A model generated the notes under the pieces. The model was not told the DNA's origin. It did no database searches and saw nothing but the letters and a program-made list of their open reading frames with translations. Positions 27,949 to 36,657 of a stretch of 64,000 nt of DNA are shown here, one piece after another (the first letter of the stretch is position 1; each line of letters starts with the position of its first letter). Source of the stretch: a virus (Duplodnaviria > Caudoviricetes); the IMG/VR virus record IMGVR_UViG_3300021091_000071, positions 188-64,187 of that record; one strand, 5' to 3'. The translations under genes and the position numbers were made by a program.

Positions 27949-28533
27949 ATGTCAACACCAGTTAATAAACAGCCAATTTTTCAAAGCCCTTTTAATAAAC
28001 AGCGTAAAGACAAATTTATTTGTGTTTTGACTATACCCAATATTTTAAAGGATCAAGTAAGAGATATTCAGAGACGCAACACATCAGTAAACTTTGAAGC
28101 ATTACAGTTTAGTATATTTGGTGCAATTGCACCGCCTATAGAAATTCCCCCTGTCATGGTACCTTACAGCGGGCAAACTATGAAAGTAACATCCTATGTT
28201 AGACCTTCTTACCCACATTTGAAGATAGACTTCACTGTAGATAATCAGTTTAATAACTACTGGGTAATATTTAAATGGTTAGAAATTTTTAATAATATTA
28301 CAGACAGTACATTCGACCCTAATAAACCCGTGGCAGATTCGTTTGCAGATCAGTATATGACCAACATAAGTGTGTTTGGTTTAGACGAATACAACAACCG
28401 AACAGTGCGATTTGACTATATTAGAGCATTTCCTATATCACTAGAGGGCATAAATTATAATGATAGAGATGCTGGTGAGATGGAATGTAGTTTTCAATTT
28501 GCATATCATCAACTAAAGATGACTCTATTATAA
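27949..28533 (+). CDS. gp3: gp3-like tail tube terminator (tail-tube fold)
   Basis: LKIDFTVDNQFNNYWVIFKWL, AFPISLEGINY and CSFQFAY. Preceded by AATAAATA. Confidence 0.65.
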   Translation: MSTPVNKQPIFQSPFNKQRKDKFICVLTIPNILKDQVRDIQRRNTSVNFEALQFSIFGAIAPPIEIPPVMVPYSGQTMKVTSYVRPSYPHLKIDFTVDNQFNNYWVIFKWLEIFNNITDSTFDPNKPVADSFADQYMTNISVFGLDEYNNRTVRFDYIRAFPISLEGINYNDRDAGEMECSFQFAYHQLKMTLL

Positions 28534-28570
28534 AAAAGAAATTTTTTTGCTAAAAGTTGGTCGGGACGGA

Positions 28571-28578
28571 TATAAATA
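28571..28578 (+). promoter_or_regulatory. T4-type late promoter TATAAATA
   Basis: Upstream of the sheath gene, 8 nt before a uORF ATG. Confidence 0.75.
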
Positions 28579-28586
28579 TAAACGAT

Positions 28587-28622
28587 ATGAGTTACAAAAT
28601 CCCTGCTGGAGGTTCCAAATAA
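28587..28622 (+). other. Putative 11-codon leader uORF (MSYKIPAGGSK*)
   Basis: The ATG sits at the usual post-promoter position, the stop is 1 nt before the gp18 ATG, and it contains GGAGG. Confidence 0.4.
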
Positions 28623-28623
28623 A

Positions 28624-31047
28624 ATGGCAAGAACTATTCAAAGTCCCGGAGTTGAGATTAGAGAGGTTGATCTTACCCTTAGACCTGTTGTAAATCAAGG
28701 TACATGTGTATTTGTTGCTGGGTTTTCAAATCAAGGCCCTGTAGATGAAATTTTAGAACCTACAAGCATTAGTGATTTCGAACAAATATATGGTACGCCA
28801 ACAAATGCTGCGGAAAGATATTTTTATCACACAGTTAAAGCAGCACTACAGTCCCCAGTTCAGCTAAAAGTAACACGTTTACCATATGGTGAAGCCAAGG
28901 GTGAAGGGTTTGATGCATGGAGATATAGTGCGCTCGTGTATCCTGTTATTGGTGTATCAACTGATACTAATAAGCTGAGCTCTTCTTTTGCTTATTCACT
29001 TTCTGGCTCTCATTCTTATTTCTTTGGAAGCCCAACACATTTGGAATTAGATTTGGAACAATATCAAGAATTACTAAACAATAATATTGAATGGAGTAAC
29101 AACCCCACTTTAACTGGGTCTTCAATTGCCAATAGAACATTCTCTTACAGCATATTAGGTGATGCTGGTATTATTGTTCTTAACAGAGCACAAACCACAG
29201 TTAATAATAAGTTTGAAGGTTATTATATTGGTCTAACAGACAACAACAACAATAACCCTGCAACAAATTTTGATGGTGTGCTCGGTGTTAACGCTATTGG
29301 TAGTACCGCTACTTCAATTGTAAATTACATTGACGTACCAAGAACAAGACTAAACTTCACACTTAGCGCAAGCAAGTTTGGTGACGGCGCTAGCGTCAGT
29401 GAAGTAATGGAAAACGTTAGCAACTATGATTTAGGAAACGCTACATACAATGATACCCTTTCCTTAGGAGTATTCAAGCTGCGTCAGAGTGTATTCTCTC
29501 CTGATGTAATCGCTCTTGACTACAGTGTTGTTGAAACGTATGCTGGTTCCCTTGACTATCATCGTCAGGTTGCCTCTAATCAAGGTGGTCCTGCCATAAG
29601 CTTCTTCTTAGGCGGCAATGTTAATAGTACATCTCCTAACTTGCGCATCATGGTAAATCCATTTATCAGCAATCAATATTCTGATACATGGCTTGGTAAT
29701 GATGGTGTACCTTCCAAGAAAGCAAGAATGCTTTCGAATAATCTTGCAAAACCTTTTAATGTGCCTGGTTTTGTTGATACACATGTTTCCTATGTAACAC
29801 GTGTAGGTGCAGCTTCTGCGTTTGTTGCAACGCTTGTTAGTCAGATTGGTGAAACTTCACAGCTATACCCGGTTGGCATTTACACCAATACTGTTACGTC
29901 TAATAAAAATATTGGCGATCTGCCTAAGAAGCTAGAGAGAGCTTTTGAGTTAGTAGAAAATCCTGATTTATATCCTATTGATATTGCTTGCGAAGCAGGC
30001 TTAGGTACTATATTTGTTAATGCTGCGGAAGAAGCAAACGCTCTAAACAAGCCTGTTTCTGCATGCGGTCCATTCGTTGAGTCAACTCCTATCAATACAT
30101 TGAGCGGGTTCTTTACAACTAATTCTGAGCTACTAGATAGTGATGCATTGAGAATACGCGCGAATTATACTGCAGTAGCAAGTATATTTGTTGATCAAGC
30201 GCAAAATCAACGAAAAGATTTCTTAGTAATCTTAGACCCTCTAAGAAACATTTTTGTACAAGGCGAAAATAGCAAGGTTATTAACACTAAGAAGCTATGG
30301 AGCCCTAACGCCGGTAATAACCCTGATCCATATGCTCCGGGATATACAAATACTAATTTCAGCCAACACATCTACTGGCCTCTACGGCATCAATTTAGCT
30401 TAATTAATACTAGCTATGCTACTGCATATGCCAATTGTGCTCAAGTTCTTGATACTGTTACTAATCGTCAAACATGGGTACCATTCTCAGGATTTGCAGC
30501 TGCATCTATGGGCAACACTGATGCAAACTTCCAACCATGGTTTGCACCAGCGGGCTTCTCGCGAGGGGTATTAGTTGGTGTTAACGATCTAGCAATCTAT
30601 CCCAAACAAAAGCAAAGGGACCAGCTTTACAAGATAAGTCTCAATCCTGTAGCGTTCTTCCCGGTTGAAGGGTTTGTAATCTTCGGGCAAAAAACCTTAT
30701 TAAAGAAGCCCAGCGCTTTTGATAGAGTTAATGTTCGTAGACTCTTCCTAAAGCTCGAGATAGCCACTAGAAACACTGTTAAATACTTTATATTTGAGCC
30801 TAATACATTGTTTACGCGCACCCAAGTCGTGAATGTACTCACACCTATATTCGACAACGCTAAGAATACTGAAGGATTATATGATTATCTGATTATTTGT
30901 GATGAGCGTAACAATACACCTGACGTTATAGATAACAATGAAATGAAAGTTGATATCTATATCAAGCCTGTACGTGCAGCAGAGTTTATATTGGTAAGTT
31001 TCTATGCTACCCGTACAAGTCAAAATTTCCAAGAATTGGTAGCGTAA
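28624..31047 (+). CDS. gp18: Tail sheath protein (gp18)
   Basis: SPGVEIREVDLT, GPVDE, YGTP, PWFAPAGFSRG, RDQLY, GQKT, SAFDRVNVRRLFL, FEPN, CDERNNT and IKPVRAAEFI. Confidence 0.96.
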   Translation: MARTIQSPGVEIREVDLTLRPVVNQGTCVFVAGFSNQGPVDEILEPTSISDFEQIYGTPTNAAERYFYHTVKAALQSPVQLKVTRLPYGEAKGEGFDAWRYSALVYPVIGVSTDTNKLSSSFAYSLSGSHSYFFGSPTHLELDLEQYQELLNNNIEWSNNPTLTGSSIANRTFSYSILGDAGIIVLNRAQTTVNNKFEGYYIGLTDNNNNNPATNFDGVLGVNAIGSTATSIVNYIDVPRTRLNFTLSASKFGDGASVSEVMENVSNYDLGNATYNDTLSLGVFKLRQSVFSPDVIALDYSVVETYAGSLDYHRQVASNQGGPAISFFLGGNVNSTSPNLRIMVNPFISNQYSDTWLGNDGVPSKKARMLSNNLAKPFNVPGFVDTHVSYVTRVGAASAFVATLVSQIGETSQLYPVGIYTNTVTSNKNIGDLPKKLERAFELVENPDLYPIDIACEAGLGTIFVNAAEEANALNKPVSACGPFVESTPINTLSGFFTTNSELLDSDALRIRANYTAVASIFVDQAQNQRKDFLVILDPLRNIFVQGENSKVINTKKLWSPNAGNNPDPYAPGYTNTNFSQHIYWPLRHQFSLINTSYATAYANCAQVLDTVTNRQTWVPFSGFAAASMGNTDANFQPWFAPAGFSRGVLVGVNDLAIYPKQKQRDQLYKISLNPVAFFPVEGFVIFGQKTLLKKPSAFDRVNVRRLFLKLEIATRNTVKYFIFEPNTLFTRTQVVNVLTPIFDNAKNTEGLYDYLIICDERNNTPDVIDNNEMKVDIYIKPVRAAEFILVSFYATRTSQNFQELVA

Positions 31048-31074
31048 AAAACTATGGAGAATAAATAACATACC

Positions 31075-31629
31075 ATGGCCGACGTAAAACAATTAATATC
31101 CGACTTTTATAGAGTAGCAGCTGCGCGTGATTTTCAACGCGATATTCAATTTCGCGTACTAAGTATTACACCCGCAGGCACAACAGTAACGTTCGACGAG
31201 AACGATCTTGTGTATGCAAAAGCTGCTAAATTACCTGCAAGAGCCATAGAAAATGTTGCCGCAAAATATATGGGATTACAGTTTAATATTCCTGGTATTG
31301 TTACCTATCCAAGCAGTGAAAACTACACATTAGAATTTTACAACGACGCCAGAAACAATCTCCGTCAAAAATTTGAAGATTGGTCTCGTGATACATTTAA
31401 CGATGCAAATAGCACAGGCAATTATTTTACACCCAGTCAGTCGAGCACAATCGACTTAGTTCAATTAGATGCACAGATGAACAGAGTAGCTCAATATCAA
31501 TTAGTGGGCGTGAGCATTCGTAACGTTGGTGAAATTGAGTATAAGATGGGTGAAGGCCGCGGCGATATTGTAAGCTTCCCGGTGGGTATGGCTTACCATT
31601 ACTTTACAAGAAAACAGCTCGCCTCATAA
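31075..31629 (+). CDS. gp19: Tail tube protein (gp19)
   Basis: AKAAKLPA, YTLEFYND, LRQKFEDW and VQLD. It directly follows the sheath gene, with AATAAATA 7 nt upstream. Confidence 0.85.
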   Translation: MADVKQLISDFYRVAAARDFQRDIQFRVLSITPAGTTVTFDENDLVYAKAAKLPARAIENVAAKYMGLQFNIPGIVTYPSSENYTLEFYNDARNNLRQKFEDWSRDTFNDANSTGNYFTPSQSSTIDLVQLDAQMNRVAQYQLVGVSIRNVGEIEYKMGEGRGDIVSFPVGMAYHYFTRKQLAS

Positions 31630-31640
31630 TAAACTAAACT

Positions 31641-31648
31641 TATAAATA
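31641..31648 (+). promoter_or_regulatory. T4-type late promoter TATAAATA
   Basis: 5 nt before ATG 31654. Confidence 0.75.
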
Positions 31649-31653
31649 ACTAG

Positions 31654-32595
31654 ATGGCAGGTCTAGCTAATCCTCTGGTTGACGCTTTTCAAGGCCTTAC
31701 AAGTAATGTTGTAGGCGTTGGACGGGGAACTAACCCGTTAAGTCAACCTCAAATTACTGAGCTACTCGGGTTTAATATACCAGGTGTACCGTTAATAAGT
31801 ACCCGGGACTATTTTTTACTTCAATTACAAAGCTGGCTTACTTCTATACCGCTACAAACACAATGGATTGCTGTTATTGATAGTTTTCCTTATGCATTAA
31901 GAACAGATATTATTCAAGGTCTCGAACGAACAGATGCTGGCAAAAAAGGATTTGATATAAGCCAGGCAAAAACTCTGCTAGCTAGCTACCCTTTTCAAAA
32001 AGTTATTGGTTGTGTATTTGCACAGGGAGCTCAAATACCCGGTGAATCTTATGGTGCGGTTGATATGCCTATAGAAAATAACAGAGGGTTCATTCCTGGT
32101 ATAATTTCAACAGATAGGGCTGGGTATTCTAATACCCCTTTAAGATTAAGTTTTCTTGAAACTAACACTAGTATAGTAGATTTTGTATTTCGACCCTGGG
32201 CTATTCTTGCAAGTCATTACGGGTATGTTGCAAGACCTGGTGACCAGCCCGGTAGCAAAGATTTTTTTAATATGAAATCCAACATAACTATTTTGTGTTA
32301 TACGAGAAGCTATCAAAATGTTAGTCAAATACCCAGAAAGGTATTCACTTATTACAATGTTGTTCCGACATTAGTTACTCCCATTCAATTAGACTACAGC
32401 GGTGAACCTAATCAAGCTACATCGTATCAAGTAGATTTTACCTATACTAATTACACTGTACAAAATAGTATGTACTTTCCGTTGGCTAATATTATTCAGA
32501 CTGTTAGTAATGCGGTTAATGGCAGCTATTCGCCAGTGATTTCACCTTTGCAAAATAGCAACAATTATCCACAGAACGTGGCTGGTTTCTTTTAA
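31654..32595 (+). CDS. Tail-tube-fold baseplate protein (gp54-like tube initiator)
   Basis: AQIPGE, LRLSFLET, FRPW, YYNVVP, LDYS and VDFTYTNY form a tube-protein pattern. It follows gp19. Confidence 0.55.
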   Translation: MAGLANPLVDAFQGLTSNVVGVGRGTNPLSQPQITELLGFNIPGVPLISTRDYFLLQLQSWLTSIPLQTQWIAVIDSFPYALRTDIIQGLERTDAGKKGFDISQAKTLLASYPFQKVIGCVFAQGAQIPGESYGAVDMPIENNRGFIPGIISTDRAGYSNTPLRLSFLETNTSIVDFVFRPWAILASHYGYVARPGDQPGSKDFFNMKSNITILCYTRSYQNVSQIPRKVFTYYNVVPTLVTPIQLDYSGEPNQATSYQVDFTYTNYTVQNSMYFPLANIIQTVSNAVNGSYSPVISPLQNSNNYPQNVAGFF

Positions 32596-32614
32596 AAAAA
32601 ATAGTAATTAATGT

Positions 32615-33445
32615 ATGAGATTTGCTTTGAGGTGTTGGATACCAAGTTTACAAGATTTTTGTAGTATACAAGAATTGCGCATGGAGCAGCTGTCAGTGCT
32701 TTCCAAGTATATTTTAAATGAAGATCATAGCGGCACAAATGACAGTTTCAATGAAATTATTTTAGAAAATTTAGAAAATAAAAACATTTTTTCCAAACTT
32801 ACAATTTTTGATAAGTGGTTTGTATTAACGTTTCTAAGAGCAGTTAATGTATCTTCCTTAGTGTACATTCAAACTACAACAACATCTCAGGCTCCATGCA
32901 ATGTGGAGGTAGACCTTTTTGGGTTACTAACTGAGTTTTCTGAATTAAAGCTACCTTATAATTTAACTACTGAGATTGAAGGAATAAAATTTAACTTAGA
33001 AATGCCAAAACAGCTGTATTGTGATAATGTAATTAGTACTATGTTAAAGAGTATAGAAATAGAAGGCAAAACAGTAGATGTATCTGCAGAAAATTTTAAT
33101 AATATCTTCAAGGACATTCCGGTTTATACAAAAGTTTTAAACAATTTTCTGGTAGCTCAAGATCTTCAATTTAAAAATTTTTTTCTGTTAAAAAAAGAAG
33201 AAAATATAAAACTACAAAGTGTACCTTTAAAATTATATGATAAAACATTATTCTTTTTCTTAAGGTCGATATATCTACCGTTTTGCAAATCTATCTTTAG
33301 TAAAAAATACAAGCTGCTTAAACATATTGGATTGTCCTACAGCGATATAGATAAACTAACATTTTCAGAATGTGAAATCTTTATTAATCAATATGTTGCC
33401 GAAGAAAACGATAAGAAAGCCAAACAAAATACAAGCGGTCGTTAA
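32615..33445 (+). CDS. Baseplate hub assembly protein (gp26-like, with gp51-like C-terminus)
   Basis: LTIFDKWFVLTFLRAVNVS resembles gp26. The C-terminal LSYSDIDKLTFSECEIFI resembles gp51. Confidence 0.55.
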   Translation: MRFALRCWIPSLQDFCSIQELRMEQLSVLSKYILNEDHSGTNDSFNEIILENLENKNIFSKLTIFDKWFVLTFLRAVNVSSLVYIQTTTTSQAPCNVEVDLFGLLTEFSELKLPYNLTTEIEGIKFNLEMPKQLYCDNVISTMLKSIEIEGKTVDVSAENFNNIFKDIPVYTKVLNNFLVAQDLQFKNFFLLKKEENIKLQSVPLKLYDKTLFFFLRSIYLPFCKSIFSKKYKLLKHIGLSYSDIDKLTFSECEIFINQYVAEENDKKAKQNTSGR

Positions 33446-33456
33446 TTATATTCCTT

Positions 33457-33464
33457 TATAAATA
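33457..33464 (+). promoter_or_regulatory. T4-type late promoter TATAAATA
   Basis: 6 nt before ATG 33471. Confidence 0.75.
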
Positions 33465-33470
33465 TAACAT

Positions 33471-34820
33471 ATGGCCGATGATAAAACCCCGGAATTTACC
33501 AATACCGATTTGAGGACTATTGATGAATTGGCTTTTAGGTTAAGAGCTGCCGATAAATCTGCACAAGCTATTAATACGCAACTTGAAAGATTTATAACTG
33601 ACAATTATAGGGCATCGCAAGAGACAGATAAAAAGCTATCGGAACAAAATACACTTCTTAAGCAACAACAAAAAACTAATCAAACACCAGCGGCTGAAGA
33701 AGCTAAACCTATTCAACCAATTAATGTAAGTAAAGAAGAGGATTTATTTACTGAAGAACCAGCAATCGAGCCTACTGCCAGTATCCCAGAGACCAATACC
33801 ACAGCTTTACCCGCGCCGCCTCCTGCAACAGTTACTCAGATTGTACAGGAATTGCCTGAAAAATCTGAACCAGCTTTTGAAGTTGACCCTGAGCCTGCAA
33901 AAGAAGTTAAAGAGTTAGAATCAAGTATTACAAACGTTGAGAATAATACCTATTCTGTAATGCCTACTACTGTAGAAAAAGTAGAAAAAGTTATTGAAAA
34001 AAATAATTTAAGCGAGCCCCAAATTATAGAATCACCCGCGCAGCCGCCTCAAATAATAGAAAAAACCATACCTGTTGTCAACACAGTAAAAGAAATAGAA
34101 AAAAGTATTGTAAGTGAGCCTAGTGAATCTCAATCGCAGCCTACTGTGATTGAAAAAACAGTACCAGTAAATAAAGAACCTGTAACCCCCGCAGTTAAAC
34201 AAGAGGCACCTCAAATCCCAGTTACTTTACCTCCACAGTCTGCGCCTGTAGTTAATGTTAACGTTGAAGAGACACCGACAAGTATGCCCGCGCCTGTTGT
34301 ACCAGAAGTTAATATTCCGCCTGTTGCAGCGACTCCTCCAGCGCCTGTTCCTGAATCATCTTTTGAACCTGTACAACCGCCTGTTAATATTCCCGAAATT
34401 GCAGCACCTCTACCATCCCCGGTGCCTGAGTTCACAGCAACAACCACCCCACCGCCTGCAGAAATACCGTCTGTTATTGCGGAGCCTGAAGCCAAAAAAC
34501 CTGAAATGGGGTTAAATTTAGCGGATGAAAGCCTGGTAGGTTTAAATAGGGGAATTGAGAAAATAACTGCTATATTAACACAAAATCAATCTAAATTAAT
34601 CGCATCAATAGATTCCCTTAATAACAGTGTTGGTGAAATATTAAAGATGCTACCCTCGTTGCAGCAGCAATCGAGTGAACCGTCTGCGCGCCCTAGCCAG
34701 GGCAAGAATAACAGAATTGATTCATCTAGTATCATATCCAATTACAGACAAAATCTAGGATTAACTACTAAATCATTTACTAGTAACACAGTATTCCCAG
34801 GAGGCAACAGCATTACATGA
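33471..34820 (+). CDS. Pro/Glu-rich low-complexity late protein at the tape-measure position
   Basis: Helical N- and C-termini flank a ~270-aa P/E/V/T-rich region. It lies between the gp26/51-like and gp48-like genes. Confidence 0.6.
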   Translation: MADDKTPEFTNTDLRTIDELAFRLRAADKSAQAINTQLERFITDNYRASQETDKKLSEQNTLLKQQQKTNQTPAAEEAKPIQPINVSKEEDLFTEEPAIEPTASIPETNTTALPAPPPATVTQIVQELPEKSEPAFEVDPEPAKEVKELESSITNVENNTYSVMPTTVEKVEKVIEKNNLSEPQIIESPAQPPQIIEKTIPVVNTVKEIEKSIVSEPSESQSQPTVIEKTVPVNKEPVTPAVKQEAPQIPVTLPPQSAPVVNVNVEETPTSMPAPVVPEVNIPPVAATPPAPVPESSFEPVQPPVNIPEIAAPLPSPVPEFTATTTPPPAEIPSVIAEPEAKKPEMGLNLADESLVGLNRGIEKITAILTQNQSKLIASIDSLNNSVGEILKMLPSLQQQSSEPSARPSQGKNNRIDSSSIISNYRQNLGLTTKSFTSNTVFPGGNSIT

Positions 34821-36268
34821 ACTTATACACTTTTAAAAATTTCTCTGAACCATTCCCTCAGTTACAGGGTGCGCCTAGAATTATACCAGTAGGACCAGTT
34901 GCAGGTCCAGGTGCAAATTATCTTGCTTCAGATAGCCCGGGGTATCAACTGGTCGATGTAATTAATGAGTTTCAATGGACAACAACCCCTAAAAATGGAA
35001 GGCAAGAAGTACCAGCATTATTTTTAAAAGAAAAAAGATTAAAAACAAATGCAATGATAGCTCAAGGTATATATTACTCTTTAGCTCTTGGCAATGTAGC
35101 TGCAGGGGCATTAGGTGGTTTGTCTAATTTGCCTCCAGGCGTTCAAAATGCTGTTCTAGGCGCTGTAGCAGGTGTAGGTGCATTTAAAGCCGGTCAACTG
35201 CTAGGTACAGGTGTTCAAAATGTAGCTGGTGCTTTAGCTTCATTATTTACAAGAAACCCTGGCGCCGCTGCAGCATTACAGTCTGTGGGTAGCGCTGCCA
35301 ATGGAGTAATTTCCACGGCAGCAGGCATAGCTGGGTTTTCACTAGGCTATAATGTAGAGCCTAATTCTTTAACATCGGGGTTAAACTACTTGGTAAATAA
35401 TTTAGGTACACTAGGTAAAAATTTACCTCAACAATTTAACATAGATAGTCTTGGTAGCTCAGTTTTGAGCCCATACGAGGGCCTGTACATAACTGAAGAT
35501 ACAAAGTTTTTATATAATTTTCCTTATTTTAGCAACGAACAAAATACCATTAATAATATGTTTGGTGATCAAGATGAGGTCTTTACTAATATAGATCCAT
35601 TAAATTTAAATGCTTTAGCAGGCGGTATTAGAGGAATGGCCAGTTATATTTCTGGTATGGCAAATTTTGACGCGCCTGGTATTTACATTGAAAAGCCTAA
35701 GTTCTTTAATTTTGCCCATGAAGGCGAGACTCTTAGATTCACTTTTCCATTAATTAATACTGGTTGGTCCAATTTTACCGATGTTTCTAGAAACTGGCAG
35801 TTATTATTTTTATTAACATACCAGAATAGACCAAATAGACGTAGCCGTGATTTGATTGACCCGGCGGTGATTTACGAAATTACTATTCCAGGCGTACGAT
35901 ATTATCCTTACGCATACATATCAGAGATGAGAATTAGTTTTGCCGGTGCACGTAGAAGAATGAATATTCCGGTTCCTCTTGGGGGTGGCACAACAACAAT
36001 TAATACTATTGTACCTGATGCTTATGTTGTGGACATAACATTGAGAACACTGGTAACTGAAACTCAAAACTTCTTATACTCTGTATTAAGAGATAGACAA
36101 AACTTAATAACCGTAACGGACAATAATGATTTCTTGACCATAGCCGCAAGAGAGATGGCTAGGTCGTACAACCAAGTAAATTTAACAACACAATTAAACA
36201 GCTCAGATTCAACTAAGCAATCTGGAGCTCAATTTATAGGCAATCAAGTTGGGAGATTGTTTCAATGA
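34817..36268 (+). CDS. Baseplate/tail-tube cap-like protein (gp48-like) with Gly/Ala-rich insert
   Basis: The C-terminal LRFTFPL...AYISEMRISF...VDITLRTL is a tube-type fold pattern. It precedes the gp53-like gene. Confidence 0.5.
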   Translation: MNLYTFKNFSEPFPQLQGAPRIIPVGPVAGPGANYLASDSPGYQLVDVINEFQWTTTPKNGRQEVPALFLKEKRLKTNAMIAQGIYYSLALGNVAAGALGGLSNLPPGVQNAVLGAVAGVGAFKAGQLLGTGVQNVAGALASLFTRNPGAAAALQSVGSAANGVISTAAGIAGFSLGYNVEPNSLTSGLNYLVNNLGTLGKNLPQQFNIDSLGSSVLSPYEGLYITEDTKFLYNFPYFSNEQNTINNMFGDQDEVFTNIDPLNLNALAGGIRGMASYISGMANFDAPGIYIEKPKFFNFAHEGETLRFTFPLINTGWSNFTDVSRNWQLLFLLTYQNRPNRRSRDLIDPAVIYEITIPGVRYYPYAYISEMRISFAGARRRMNIPVPLGGGTTTINTIVPDAYVVDITLRTLVTETQNFLYSVLRDRQNLITVTDNNDFLTIAAREMARSYNQVNLTTQLNSSDSTKQSGAQFIGNQVGRLFQ

Positions 36269-36657
36269 GAAGTTTAAGCGCGGTTGGACCTTTTAGAAAA
36301 GATGTGGCTATATTAGGTGAAAACCCTGAAATAAGTTACGAAAACATCTTTAGAGTGTACAGTACAGAAGGTTATGAAGATGGTAACTTTTTGTATTACA
36401 ATTTGGTTAACAGTGTTTACCTGTCTGATAATTTACAGCCTAACAGCTACTATACAATAACAATTAATAGAATCATGCCATGGACAGCCATCAGCTACAA
36501 TGAATACAGAACTATAGACTTGTGGTGGTTAATAGCTCTAGCAAACGGCATTAATAATCCTGTGAAATATCCAGCACCAGGAACACAGCTTAAAATAATC
36601 AAGCCAGAATTCGTACCATCAATATTAAACGATATACAATTTAAACTATCGTTATGA
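36265..36657 (+). CDS. gp53: gp53-like baseplate wedge protein (LysM-like)
   Basis: PWTAISYNEYRTIDLWWLIALANGINNP...PGTQLKII. Confidence 0.8.
   Translation: MRSLSAVGPFRKDVAILGENPEISYENIFRVYSTEGYEDGNFLYYNLVNSVYLSDNLQPNSYYTITINRIMPWTAISYNEYRTIDLWWLIALANGINNPVKYPAPGTQLKIIKPEFVPSILNDIQFKLSL

Noticed and set aside
31054-31068. Four-codon ORF MENK* before the tail tube gene
   Set aside because: It is too short and overlaps the AATAAATA box, so it would lie upstream of the predicted TSS. It is plausibly chance.
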